Origin: Basidiobolus meristosporus CBS 931.73
Lineage: Eukaryota; Fungi; Basidiobolomycota
Direction of reading: 5' to 3'
DNA: 64,000 nucleotides
Assembly: GCA_002104905.1 (NCBI GenBank)
Contig: MCFE01000124.1
Span: 62,001 to 126,000 of the forward strand
Positions within the stretch are counted from its first letter, which is position 1. Every line of letters begins with the position of its first letter. The notes below the pieces were generated by a model that was not told the DNA's origin, did no database searches, and was given only the letters and a program-made list of their open reading frames with translations. The translations under genes were made by a program, and so were the position numbers. Positions 24,105-35,700 of the stretch are shown one piece after another.

Positions 24105-26999
24105 ATTCACTACCCAGAGTGCTTTTCATGCCTACTTCCAGCAAATGGCCCACTAAACCAGATGATGTTACCCTCAATGTCAGACAGTGCTTGAAACTTC
24201 ACACAGTGTGCCTTGTACTTGCCAGAATAAAAGTGCCTCTGCCCTCTGGAAGGGCTGTTAATCCTGACTGGGATGGTATCTAAGATACTCCTGATATGGA
24301 ACCTGTTGCTGAACACTCTGGGATATGGAAGTCTATTGGAGCTTCTGAACCTAGTATTCCAAGCGTGCTCTAAGTCATTCATACACTCTGCAAGGTGGTT
24401 TTCCTTTGCTGTCAGCTGGGAATGAAAGCTTCTAGGACTTTTGTTGCCATAGATGATGGGATGAAATCTTGTAGGGCAATAGTTCTTGTAATAGCAGAGA
24501 AGCCCAACAAAAGATTTCCTTTAGTAGATTGGGGTAGGTGGTCCACAGTACTTGGAATAGATCTCCTCTAGTGTGTCAAAAGGAAATCCAGTGGTAGTGA
24601 TGGGATTGATGAGAAAAGACCGTTCAGATGAGTAAGTCATATTAAAATTGGTGGATGATTGTATGGAGGCGGTTTGAATTGATTTGGCACAATCTGCATT
24701 ATTTATCTGATTTTGAATGCATTATAATTAAATCTCCATCAATTGCCATGTATCCCATCATTATGTTGCAAAAATCATCCGCAAATAATGCCTTAGTACT
24801 TTTATTGATGCTTTACTCATAGATCTATAATCAAATAGGAAATCTGCAATTGATGTGATCTGATCCGTGTCAATGAAATCCAAGATGCATGATGCATAAT
24901 ATATGGAAAATTCAACAATCACATTTGTTTTCATACATATTTCATATAAGACCAGGTTGATGCCAATATACTGCTGTATAAGTATCCAAATCCATTGCTA
25001 TGGCCCCCATACCAAGTCTCAACTCATCTTTAGTACAACCCAGACAAAACCCATCCCCCAGCTCACAAGCATGGTCTGGACCAGAAAAGTCAATATTGGA
25101 TTTGTTTGAGTTCTTGCCAAATGATTTTAGTATGGCCCAAGTGTCTATGATGAGCCTTCATACAGATATTTGGGCACTACTGATTAATCAAGCAGAACTA
25201 GATACCACAGAGAGTCAACAAAGATGGAAGAATTTGAGTAGAAACCTGTGGCATGAGTTCTACATCAAGATGCCAGCCAATGTATGTAAGAAGATATATA
25301 ACAAGACAAGTATTGAAGTCAAGAATGAGCTGAAAGTGAGGGGATTTGATGAAGAAGCCACACAGGAACAATTTTGTATGCAATTTGCACAGTACAGGCT
25401 GGACGCATCTGTTTGTGCCTCAACTTTGAGAACCAAAGAGATTTAGAATGAGCTTTTACCTCAAATGACAAATGTACTATGTGATATATTAGTAGAGCTA
25501 AGTGGCTTCCAAGAGCAATATACACAGGACTCATCCAGGCAACAGCTTCAAAGTATCAGACAGAGGGTAAGTGAATACCTTGAAGAATTAGATGGTGAGC
25601 CTCAGGAGGAAGAATACAGACCGCAAGCAACATTGTCTAGATTGCACCAGTATGCCTTGCTGGATTCCTTACCATCTGTTGCAACCTCAGTGTGCCAGCC
25701 CACATCAGTCCAGACTACACAATCACCATTTACCAGAACACCCCATATTGAGTCTATGCGCGCGCTTTAGAGCAAAACTACCTGAACTTGCCAAACTGCT
25801 CATTTAGGCACAAGTCCATTGGAGCAGACCAAGTCACATCAACATGCAGCATCACATCAAACTTAGCCAAGGGCCATCTCAACACTTCAAGTCACGCCTG
25901 CGCATGCCTTTTTGCCTGACCATCAGCAAGTTACTTCCGGTGAACTGACTGATGATGACCAACATGAAGTGCCTCAACCACTGGAGCCCTTGGCAAGTAA
26001 AAGAACATGTCAGCACGTGGCACTCCAGGCCAGTTCAGTTGGTTCAATCAGAGCAATTCAGCGCAGCCAAGCTGCAGCATTGCACTCATCAACTAGGAGG
26101 CAAAATACTGGCTACAAATACACAAGTAGCCAAGATGATAGTCAGCCAGGAAGTAGTATAGGTGTGCAAAGTGAGTCACTACCAAATGCTTCAGTAGTGA
26201 TCCCTGTGAGAAAAAAACCCAGTAGAAGATGATGCAATTGCTTTGAATTGCTATTATTTGTAAAGATCCCGTCATCCCATTTTTTTTGCAATCCAAATCA
26301 AGCCATTACAAATCAGTGATCATCAAATTTTTGACATAAGTAATATCAAGGTCATCTCACATTTGAGACAGAACCCCTATAAATAAACACCCTGCATATA
26401 TATACATCATCTGTAATACCAGTGCAGCTATTGGATCTGTTTTGCACCTACCCAATTGCTTGTGTGCTAGCTATGACACCATGTCCAATCACTAGGATCA
26501 GGGATTTACTTACTCAATGGGCAAAATGGGATATTTAATGGCAGATCAGGTAGCTTGTTTAGTAGGCAATGAGCCAATTGGGGGCTGCCAGCTTCAGGAT
26601 ACTTATGGACCAATTAACCACTGATATACTGTCCAATTGGAGTGATGGTAACCAAAACGGTAAGTATCAGTATAGTTTATAGTGTGATACACATTTAATT
26701 CCATTTACATTAAAGGAACATATCCAAATACCGGATTTTACCTGCCATAATAGCAGTATCTGATTGTGCACGTGATGCAAACATTACAAGTTGGTGCAAT
26801 CATCCAAACCAACCTCATTTTGTCAGATTGTGCCATAGTGTGCAAGATTGTCCCACATAGTGCAAAATTGTCCAAGAACAATCCTGCCTTCTGGTAGCTA
26901 TAATATTGCTCCCATTTGTTCTTTACAACCACGGATTGGCCGCACACCCTGGCATGGTACAATGGAACAAGTCTAATTTACATCAAAACTTGTCATCCA

Positions 27000-28860
27000 C
27001 CTCTGCAAAATTCCTAGGATAAAACAAGAGACTTTTGTAGCATACTCCATACAGTAAAATGGAATATCAGAGTATTAAACAGATCAGGAGCTGATATAGC
27101 AAGATCTATGATCCATGATCAAAAATTATCCTCTGAATTATGAGCAGTATCAGTTGCATTAGCTGTAAGTCTCAAAATAGTGGTTATAGCAGTATACTTT
27201 ATGCCTCTACCTCATTTGAGGCATGATGTAGATAACAACCAAGTGCATAGCATCTAAAAATATTTGGGTGCATATTTATGTCAAGAAACTGCCTGGAAAG
27301 CAGTCAAAATTTTGTTGCTACTTAAGGTTTGAGCTCTTCATAAACAGAAGTACCCAGTGTTGTATCCAAGAGAAAAGTGTAATAAAACTCTTGAATGAGT
27401 TAACTGAACCTAAGTGACAACTAAGTGCAGAATCTTAAAAAGTCAAGAGTGCCAGAAATATTAGCAGAGAGGTTCAGGTCTAATATTGGTCTTATATATT
27501 GCTGAGTTGGGGTATAAAGGCAACAGAGTAGGCTTGCTATGCAGGCTAGGCTTGGTGGTCTTGAGAGTGCTAGATATGCTAAACTTGGGTAGAAACTAGA
27601 ATGGATTTGTTGAATTCTTAATTTTGCTGAGACACACACTAAACCAAAAGGTCAATAAACTTTATTTATACTTTTCTGATTGAGCTGCATTAGTAAGCGC
27701 TAAGAGACTGGACTAATTGAAATCTGTTGGGGTGTTGATAGGTGCATAAAATAAATGAAAAATTGCCTCATTAATCAGCTGATGTATTGGCAACTGCTAA
27801 GTGATTGGATAAATCTCAGATGACTAATCACTTGGAAAGGCTTAGCAGAACAGTTGATGACATAATGACCATATGAAATTCATCAGGTGTGACTACTAAA
27901 TATAGATTCTGAGAAGTGAAAAAATAAACCATAATAGGGATTAGTTATGTTTGGGTTAGGGAAAATCAGTTAGGGTACTAGATTTTCTAATGGAGTGAAA
28001 TTGGCCAGGTTTTAAATGTTGATGCACAACACCCAGTATATTGTCCTACACTAGTCTGAGTGAATTGACAACATACTTAAGAAGTACCAAACTGAAGACT
28101 GCAAGGCAACAGCTAACTCAATGGAGAAAATCTTAATATTGTAATTACTCAGCCAAGACAAGAGAGCTTATTTCCAATTGAAAACTCAGAATATCCATAT
28201 TGATATGGTTAACAGTCTGATATATAGCATGCTTGCAACACACCCAGATATCTTATATTTAGTGGGAGCTGTCAGCAAGCATAATCAGAGCTATGGATCT
28301 GATTGTGTTGCAGCACTTAAGTAGATTTTAGATACCTAAAAAGAACAGCTGCTTTCTGCTTAAGGTGCACCTATAAGGATTCAGAACAGGGTTTTGTAGG
28401 ATACCTTGATGCTGCTTGGGGGTAAGATTTAGAAGACAGGACATTTACCACAGGATACAACTTTGTTTACTATTAAGGAGTAATTCCACAGAATTCAAGA
28501 ATGCAAGCAACTGCAGCACTTTCAGCCACAGAAGCAGAGTATACAACTGCCTGTGAAGCTAAAAAGAGGCAAAATGGTTAAGAAGCCTATTTAAAGATTG
28601 AAGGTTATGTCAAAAAGCGCCTATTGCTTTCTTTTAAAATAATCATTGATGTATAAGATTAGGTAGAAGTCAAACTTTGCATGCAAGCACTAAGCACATA
28701 GATACTAGACATCATTTCATATGTGAAGCTATGAGGAATAACTTAGTTACTTGGTTTACTGCTCTACAAATGGAATGACTGCAAGTATCTTTACTAAACC
28801 ATTAGCCACAAACAAATTTGAAAATCTTTGGTCACAATGAGGACTAGTTAGTATGAACAT
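27000..28860 (+). mobile_element. Heavily decayed Ty1/Copia pol relic (integrase to RNase H)
   Basis: Q(Q)NGISE, ARSMIHDQKLSSEL(W)A and HLKIFGC at ~27050-27280; ALSATEAEY, STKHIDTRHHFI and IFTKPL at ~28500-28800. Confidence 0.75.
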
Positions 28861-29094
28861 TTACCCTATGCAAAATTATTGGGATTATCCTGTCAAAAGG
28901 TGGTCACAAAGTTAATGTCCCATGACTAAGAGATACTGATCTTGTCAGGACACCATCCAGAGACCATTGAAAAATAATCTCACCCCAGATTTCACAAAAA
29001 ACTTTGTCAAAATTTTTCATCACAACAATGTATAAGTGGCTTTTGATTGGTTCCCTGCCAATTTGCTCACTTTCTGATCCTGGACACTCTATTG

Positions 29095-31170
29095 CCTCCT
29101 ATGTTTATGTGAATTGATTGGCTATTGCCTCTTTTTCACACTCCTTACTTCCTGTCTCAACTGTTTCTCTTACTTTTTATGCATACAAATTGATTTATTT
29201 CCATTGAACCTTCAATTGTACCTCAATGCCAATTGTATTGGCCTATGCAAGTCTCTATACCCTACACTAACATTAAGCCCAACCCCGCACTTAACAAGTA
29301 ACTCCATTAAAATCCCCCACTCAATAAGTATTTCTGCTGTAATGCTCTGGTCCCACAACTTTGGTGGGAACCCAACAGCTTTATGCCACTGTGCATTCGC
29401 TGGTTCCCACACATCCTGGTCTTTAGCCAGCACTGCAAGGTCTAGCTCCTCATCTGCCAGTCTTTGCAATATATCCTTGCAATATTCCAGTGCATTCTTT
29501 GAGCACTACTCTTGAAGATGTGCAGCAACCTCTTTGTGTGCCTATTGATGTTCCAAAACTCCACTGGAGGCATTGTGATAGTCTTTTGAGTTCTTGACGT
29601 TGTAGCCTTGTCTGTCAGTGGGATCTCCACTCTGTCAACAATGGAGGCTTTGGAGGCTGTGGAGGCCATGGTAGACAAATTGCCTTTTTCAGCAGGCTCA
29701 TCTACCTTGCTGGAGTGTAGGTCAACTGGCTGTGCTTCCAACTCTTGTGAAAACATCTGTTTTCTTGTTGGTAAATTATCCTGGCTAAGATGGGATTCAG
29801 TATGTTCCTAGCTTGCGGTGTTAATTAGCAAGAACTGCAGTTTTTTTGCATGCCTCCCTCTCTCAGGCTTGGGTAGATGTTTTTCCCTTTACCTTTTCCT
29901 TTATCACTGCCAAATCTTTCACTGCTACTTTGTCTGAGTGCTTCTTGTAAAGAACTACATTTTCTCCCGGATAAATTCTGCTCTTACGCTGTAGTGGGGT
30001 GACAGTGATACCCACTGACATATGTGCTCATTCCCTCATTTTCCACTTCCCTATATCTCTGCTACATTTATTTTAGTTTTATCCCATTTGTCTTACCCAA
30101 TCAGTACTATCCCATAAGCTGGTTGACTATAACGCCTGCTTACCTTATGGCATAAGTTACCCCTCACTTTATGTAAGATTACTACCTATAAGTGCTTCAA
30201 TATTAGGCAAGTACCTGCGCCAGTACCCATGACACATGATCAACCCGTGTCACCATCCCTAGTATTTCCATACCATATATGGTATCCCCATGTTACACAG
30301 GTTTCAGAATACTGATTCCTGATTGGTTGGATGTGCTGTGCCTCTTAGAACCTTCTGGCACCTGCTTAGAACATTCTTAGGTCATTCTGATGTCATTAAG
30401 ATTTCTATTGATGTCTGGAACCTTCTGGAACACCATGATTAGTAATCACTTAGCCAGTGAGAAAAGTATATAAGGGAGGCTATCCCTCAACAATAAATCA
30501 TCATCCCTTTTATCAATATACCAGCTTGTTGATTAGTGTGATCACTGCTACCTACTGCTACCTGAACTTCCAACCCCAGACCACAGGACACTCCCAGGAA
30601 ACTGTGCTGACAGCCAACTGACCTTGGAGGCACTACTTGTGAGGAATACTCAGAGTAGATATCTTTTATTATATTTGATTCTTTCCCAAGTTTGTTCTTG
30701 TACAGGCAAAGATACTTTTCTGTCTTTGTAACTATTGACCACAGCTGCATTCTTATCAAGTCCCTGCTGGTGGAGTTTACAATTGTTTTGACTTTGGAAG
30801 CTTTAGTACATTGTCATCTTAAAGGACGCTGAACCCAGCACATACTTTTGTTAAGACGCCAACTAAGTTGGGGATTGTAGCTCAATAGTTTTCCCTTGGC
30901 AAGCTTGTGGCTTTATTCCCCTTCACATTAGATTAGAGACAGAACCCAAGTATTCCTAGCAAGCTTTTGCCAGAGGCTATTGCACCCAGTGAACACCCCA
31001 CATACAAAACACTTGAGAATTGTTGGACGTATCTCTCCCTTGGACCTATGCACCACCACAACGCATCTGTTTTGGCCTGCTTGTCCCTTGCTGGCACTCT
31101 TCTGGCAACCTGATATTTCTTTTCAGCTTGTTTTAGCTCTCAACTGTAGTTGTGATGGGCTCCTGTAACA
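29095..31170 (-). mobile_element. Inverted homolog of ~8300-9120 (CACTA-associated region), interrupted by a solo LTR
   Basis: Reverse-complement matches such as acaagaagcactcagacaaagtagcagtgaaag and gtgccagcaagggacaagcaggccaaaa; sequence is continuous across the LTR insertion. Confidence 0.75.
29990..31060 (+). mobile_element. Solo LTR, 1071 bp, 4-bp TSD ACGC
   Basis: TGTAGTGGGG...CACCACCACA; ACGC at 29986-29989 and 31061-31064; TATATAAGG near 30468. Confidence 0.93.
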
Positions 31171-31174
31171 GCGG

Positions 31175-31395
31175 TGTGGTGGTGTATTAGTCCAAGAGAG
31201 AGATATGTCCAACACTTTTCAAGTGATTTGTGTGTGGGATTTTCACTGGGTGCAATAACCTCTGGCAAAAGCTTGCTAGGAATACTGGGGTTCTGTCTCT
31301 AATCTACAGTGATGGGGAATAAAGCCACAAGCTTGTCAAGGGAAAACTATTGAGCTACAATGCCCAACTTAGTTGGCGTCTTAACAAAAGTATAT
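31175..31395 (-). mobile_element. Truncated 3' end of the same LTR family
   Basis: TGTGGTGGTG... is the reverse complement of ~30840-31060. Confidence 0.85.
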
Positions 31396-31449
31396 ACGTT
31401 TAGACTTTGGTTTTTGATTTTTAAACTTGGTTTTTAAATTTGAATGTTA

Positions 31450-31500
31450 ATATTTGATGTTTGATGTTTGATATTTGATTTTTGATGTTTGATATTTGAT
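31450..31500. repeat. 7-bp tandem repeat (ATRTTTG)x7
   Basis: atatttg atgtttg atgtttg atatttg atttttg atgtttg atatttg. Confidence 0.85.
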
Positions 31501-32569
31501 AGAGTGCTGAAAGACCACAACAATACCATGCAAATATTGTCACAGCACCAATCAAAAATTGTCAAGTTTTGTCCTTTATTTGGCTGTAAAATTTGCAGAA
31601 CACCATCATGATCTTGTTATAAGATTGTCAGGAAGGTCACTCTTTCCAAGCTGCTGTTATTATGATGGTCTCTAAATGGGATCTTGACGGATGATCTGGA
31701 TTGGATCCACCTGCGGGACCAAATTATTTTTCATAGGGTTAGTTGAGTTGGAGTATTGTAAAAGTTTGTGATTCCACCTAAATATTTACCTAGCTTAGTC
31801 ACTTTGATCATTACCAACAAATCTTATAGAGTCCTGTTCAAATTCCCTGTCAGGATTGACCTAGAACATCTTCTTCAAAAGTGTAGGTACCTAGAACATG
31901 AAAATTCTCAAAGTTTTCCAAACAACCCTAAGCTTTGCACACATGTTCTTGGGACCAGCCTAAGCATAATCTATGTGCTTGCTATGCCAATATCTTGTAT
32001 AAATACTGCTTCAATAAATCATCAAGTGAAAACCACATAATCTACTTGTTTGCCTGATCACTTCCAATATCTCTAAGACTCTTACAATAAGTAGAGGACA
32101 AGCAAATACAGTGACATAATTCTACAGCAGAATGTATGAATAGCACAAGAGGTGGTAGAAAATAGAAATACCATTTGATATGGTAGTATTATACAGGACT
32201 AGATGTCAGCTGCTGTACCTCCATGGTAATGACAGCAAAGGTCAGCATCAAGGCTGTCAGGACACCAATAGGTTTTTGCCATATAAAGCATTTGCATATG
32301 TTGGCCTATTAGGTCTGCTAAAACTCATGTAGACCACATTATAACTGTCTGTATGTCATACAAGCCCCATTAAAAGACCATTAAAGCACTTTCAAACTTA
32401 TTACTTTATTTGGCATCAAAATCAGCAAAACATCATCATGGTATTACAAATAGATTGTGAAGAGGGTAAAGAATTGAAAGCTGCTGGCATTATAATGGCC
32501 TTGTTGCATGAGCCTGATGGCCAATATGTATTTAATCTACCTGAAGGACCAAATTATTTTTTCATAGGG
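31499..32569 (+). mobile_element. Two inverted terminal fragments of the CACTA-like element (31499-31738 and ~32100-32569)
   Basis: Both end in ggaccaaattattttt(t)cataggg, the reverse complement of the terminus at 852; internal similarity to 852-1320. Confidence 0.75.
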
Positions 32570-32678
32570 TATACAGATAGTGTATTAATATAGAAACTGT
32601 ATTGATACATATGGGATACTACTGCTGCTTCTTATCAAGCTTATTGTGGGCAGCAATCTACTGTGTGCATGATACTAA

Positions 32679-32780
32679 TACACCACCAAAGGAAGTCTAG
32701 AAGCATATGACCAGGGAACTATTATTACTATACACCACCTAAGGAAGTCTAGATTCATATGACCATGGAGCTATTATTAC
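32679..32780. repeat. 51-bp tandem duplication
   Basis: tacaccacc(a/t)aaggaagtctaga..catatgacca.gga.ctattattac twice. Confidence 0.85.
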
Positions 32781-35700
32781 AGCATTATATCTTGATATCT
32801 GCATGAAAACCTCTGCTTTTAGTAGCTTTACTCTGAAGTGACCACATATCAGGTCATCTCAAACTAAGAGAAGTCAAGATCAACCCTATACCACCTGCTA
32901 TTTGAAATACCATGTCTGGAGAAACAATGTGAATGAATCAGTATCCTTATATGATTGTTCACAGTCAAAATGAGTTATTTCTAACAGAGCTTGTCCTCCT
33001 ACTATCTGCAACTTTTGTGGCAAAGCTCTGTGCTGTGTTAGAAGTACTTTGGAGAAGTAGAAGAGCTATACCATGCTATTTGTTTTATTAAGATTGACCA
33101 TAATATCTACTGTGAGATGTACTTTACAGTGCTGATGATCAGGTTGCTTTGACAATGGCTTCATAAATTAGTGTGCAGAGTTTAGGGTTCTTTAAACCAG
33201 CTGATACAATTTGATGACTTTCTGGGCCTCACTCTATAATGTGGTTTACAGATATATCAATGGGCAATTCATAGGTAACTCATATGTGATTCCATAATAG
33301 GCCAGCTGCAACCTTGCTATATTCAGGACATTCCGATGTAAAATAATGATGTCTGTCAATTTAAGTGATGAGCTCATCAATGAAAGAATTCTGATTTGAT
33401 TATGCATTGAGAATGGTAGTGCCAGGGGTGCTTCATATTATTTCCAGAGGCTACTTGCCCATTGAGCTGGAAAAACAGATGAAGCCATTACCACAAATTG
33501 ATGATTGGAAAGTCTGTAATCATTGATATGGGGTTGCACTTGTATTAAGAACTTTGGCTTGAAGCTAAGCCATTTACCCAGCTACTTACTGGTTAGGGAT
33601 CAAGCATTCCAAATTTCAACAATCTTTTGTATGCTATTGGTACCCAACACAATACATGTTCATCGATTCACTAGGATATAAAAGTCATGGAATATTACCA
33701 AAAATATATGCCCCCTCAAACAACCGCCAACTCTCATACACAGCTGCGCGTGATTTGATTGTCCACCTTAACACAGAGGTATGGATACTTACACATCATG
33801 GCTAACAACAAAACGGCCATTGATCAATGCTGTAGCTGAGTATGGAAAAATGCTTCAAGCCTTGTGAGAAATAGCAAAATTTTCGAGCCCCTGCACATCT
33901 ATATTCCACTGGGTATCCGATCGAAATGCTTTGAGCCAATAATTATTCTAAAATCACGACCAACTGCCAAGTGACTTTATCGGTTCCATCTAAGCAGCCA
34001 ATCTTAAGCAGAGCAAGACTGGTCATTATCAAATGCTCAATTAGAAACCTAGGCTTTGGTAATGTGCTATGGTGCATCTCTGGACCCACATACGTACTCG
34101 TAAAAAGAAGATAGGGCAGGAAGGTTTTACCAGGGAAAAAATGTCGAAAGTGGAGTTTCATTGGGGAGGCGGCATATAGATAGAGTACAAAAGTACTTGA
34201 GCACATGCATGGAATCGACTAGGTCGTAGGATGCGAATAGTGGCCATGTTGAATCCCCTTAGCAGTGACAGCCATCAGGGGCGAAGTCGAATCCCATTTC
34301 CGAGATCACCGACGCTTCGAAAATCCCGATCAGAACGAGGGTTCCAACCGACCAAAAATACCTGGCCCATCAATTGCACCAATTGGGCGGCATCCGAATT
34401 AAGCGCAATTCCCATAAATGCCGCTCGGTGTACAGAATATGACATGAAGGCGGGTGGAAGCCGAGTGAAACTTCGTCGCGTACCAGGTGCGCATTTCCGG
34501 TACAACTAGCCTATTTCACGTTATACGGATGGTTCGTAGCCATCTGAATACACACATCTCCGAAAACTCGCATTTTCCATAGGTGAATCTGTCGAGTGCG
34601 GATTCCTATACCCCCCATACTTAATTAGGCCGTGAAATATATAGTCTTTCCGTATCCATCGTTTTAGGTGTCTGATCTGTTACTCATTGCGTCTCCTTTA
34701 CCACTATCACACAGCATATTTCAATCACACAAGCCTGAGGTCTGTACCTCTGGGAGCCAAGCTAGCATGAAGCGCGGCCCAGTTCTTGAAATCGCTGAGA
34801 GACTGGGCAAGGGCTTGGTGGCGGGAGCCATCCAAGCATAGTCACCAAACCCTATTTTAGACTCTGGACGGTGCATGTATTGGGGCATGATACGATTATA
34901 TCCTGAACCAGTAAAAACCGACCTGTGAAATCATGTTTGCCGTGTCCACCATGGAAGGAAATCAGTCATTTGGATAGGGTACGGGATACCTGTCATAATA
35001 TGGTTACAGCGGACAGCCGCTAGTAGGCAGGTTTAAAGCAAAAAACTTGCTAGATACTGGTTAAATGGACCCTTCAGTGCGGAGCCATTACCAGGGTATT
35101 TGGCTGTTGAGCCATGCTGGCCGTGACCGCTTCCCGCTAGAGGTGCCTCCTTAGCAATACAGCGAGAGCCGTGTATTCTTGTACCCTAGGGGCTTATCAG
35201 CTACTCTTTGAGTATTGCGGATGTTAAGTGTGTGGAAGTCTGAATCACTGTTTTGCACACCTACCGAGTCATTGTGAGGATTGGGATGCTCAATCATAAA
35301 TATGTCGTGTGACAGAAGCCCTTCACAGACCATCACCGGACGTTCTGGACCATGGCATCGGGAATTGCATGCTCCCTTGCATCCAAGATCCATAGGGATA
35401 ATCCACCACAGCGGCGAGCTTCAAAACTAGTGGACGGCATGGATGATGTAATGACCCAAGCAGAATTAGGTGGTGAATCCATGATATAACCCATCTCTAC
35501 CCTCATACATACGTAGACTTGAATGTGATTTAGATTTACTGATAATCCCTACTCAACGAGCACCCAAGAGTTACCAAATCGCTGGCTCATTACCACATCA
35601 AGTCTAGTCATTACTCGGCGGTTCAGCAGCGGCCGTAGGCTTGTAGGCTTGAAATTTATCTGCATCTTCAGCTATATGGCCCTATTGTCCTTGTCAGCCA

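Larger units (their letters stand above)
21700..26974. mobile_element. PHIS/Pangu-like element copy 3 (left end lost), host of the nested derivative
   Basis: Transposase (-) starting ~24640 and split at 21887-24107; ORF2 (+) 25000-26232 with nonsense changes; right TIR CAATGGAACAAGTCT ending at 26974, followed by AAT. Confidence 0.9.

Noticed and set aside
27930-27980. Isolated TTAGGG hexamers (also near 51351 and 53100)
   Set aside because: Not tandem; not an interstitial telomere.
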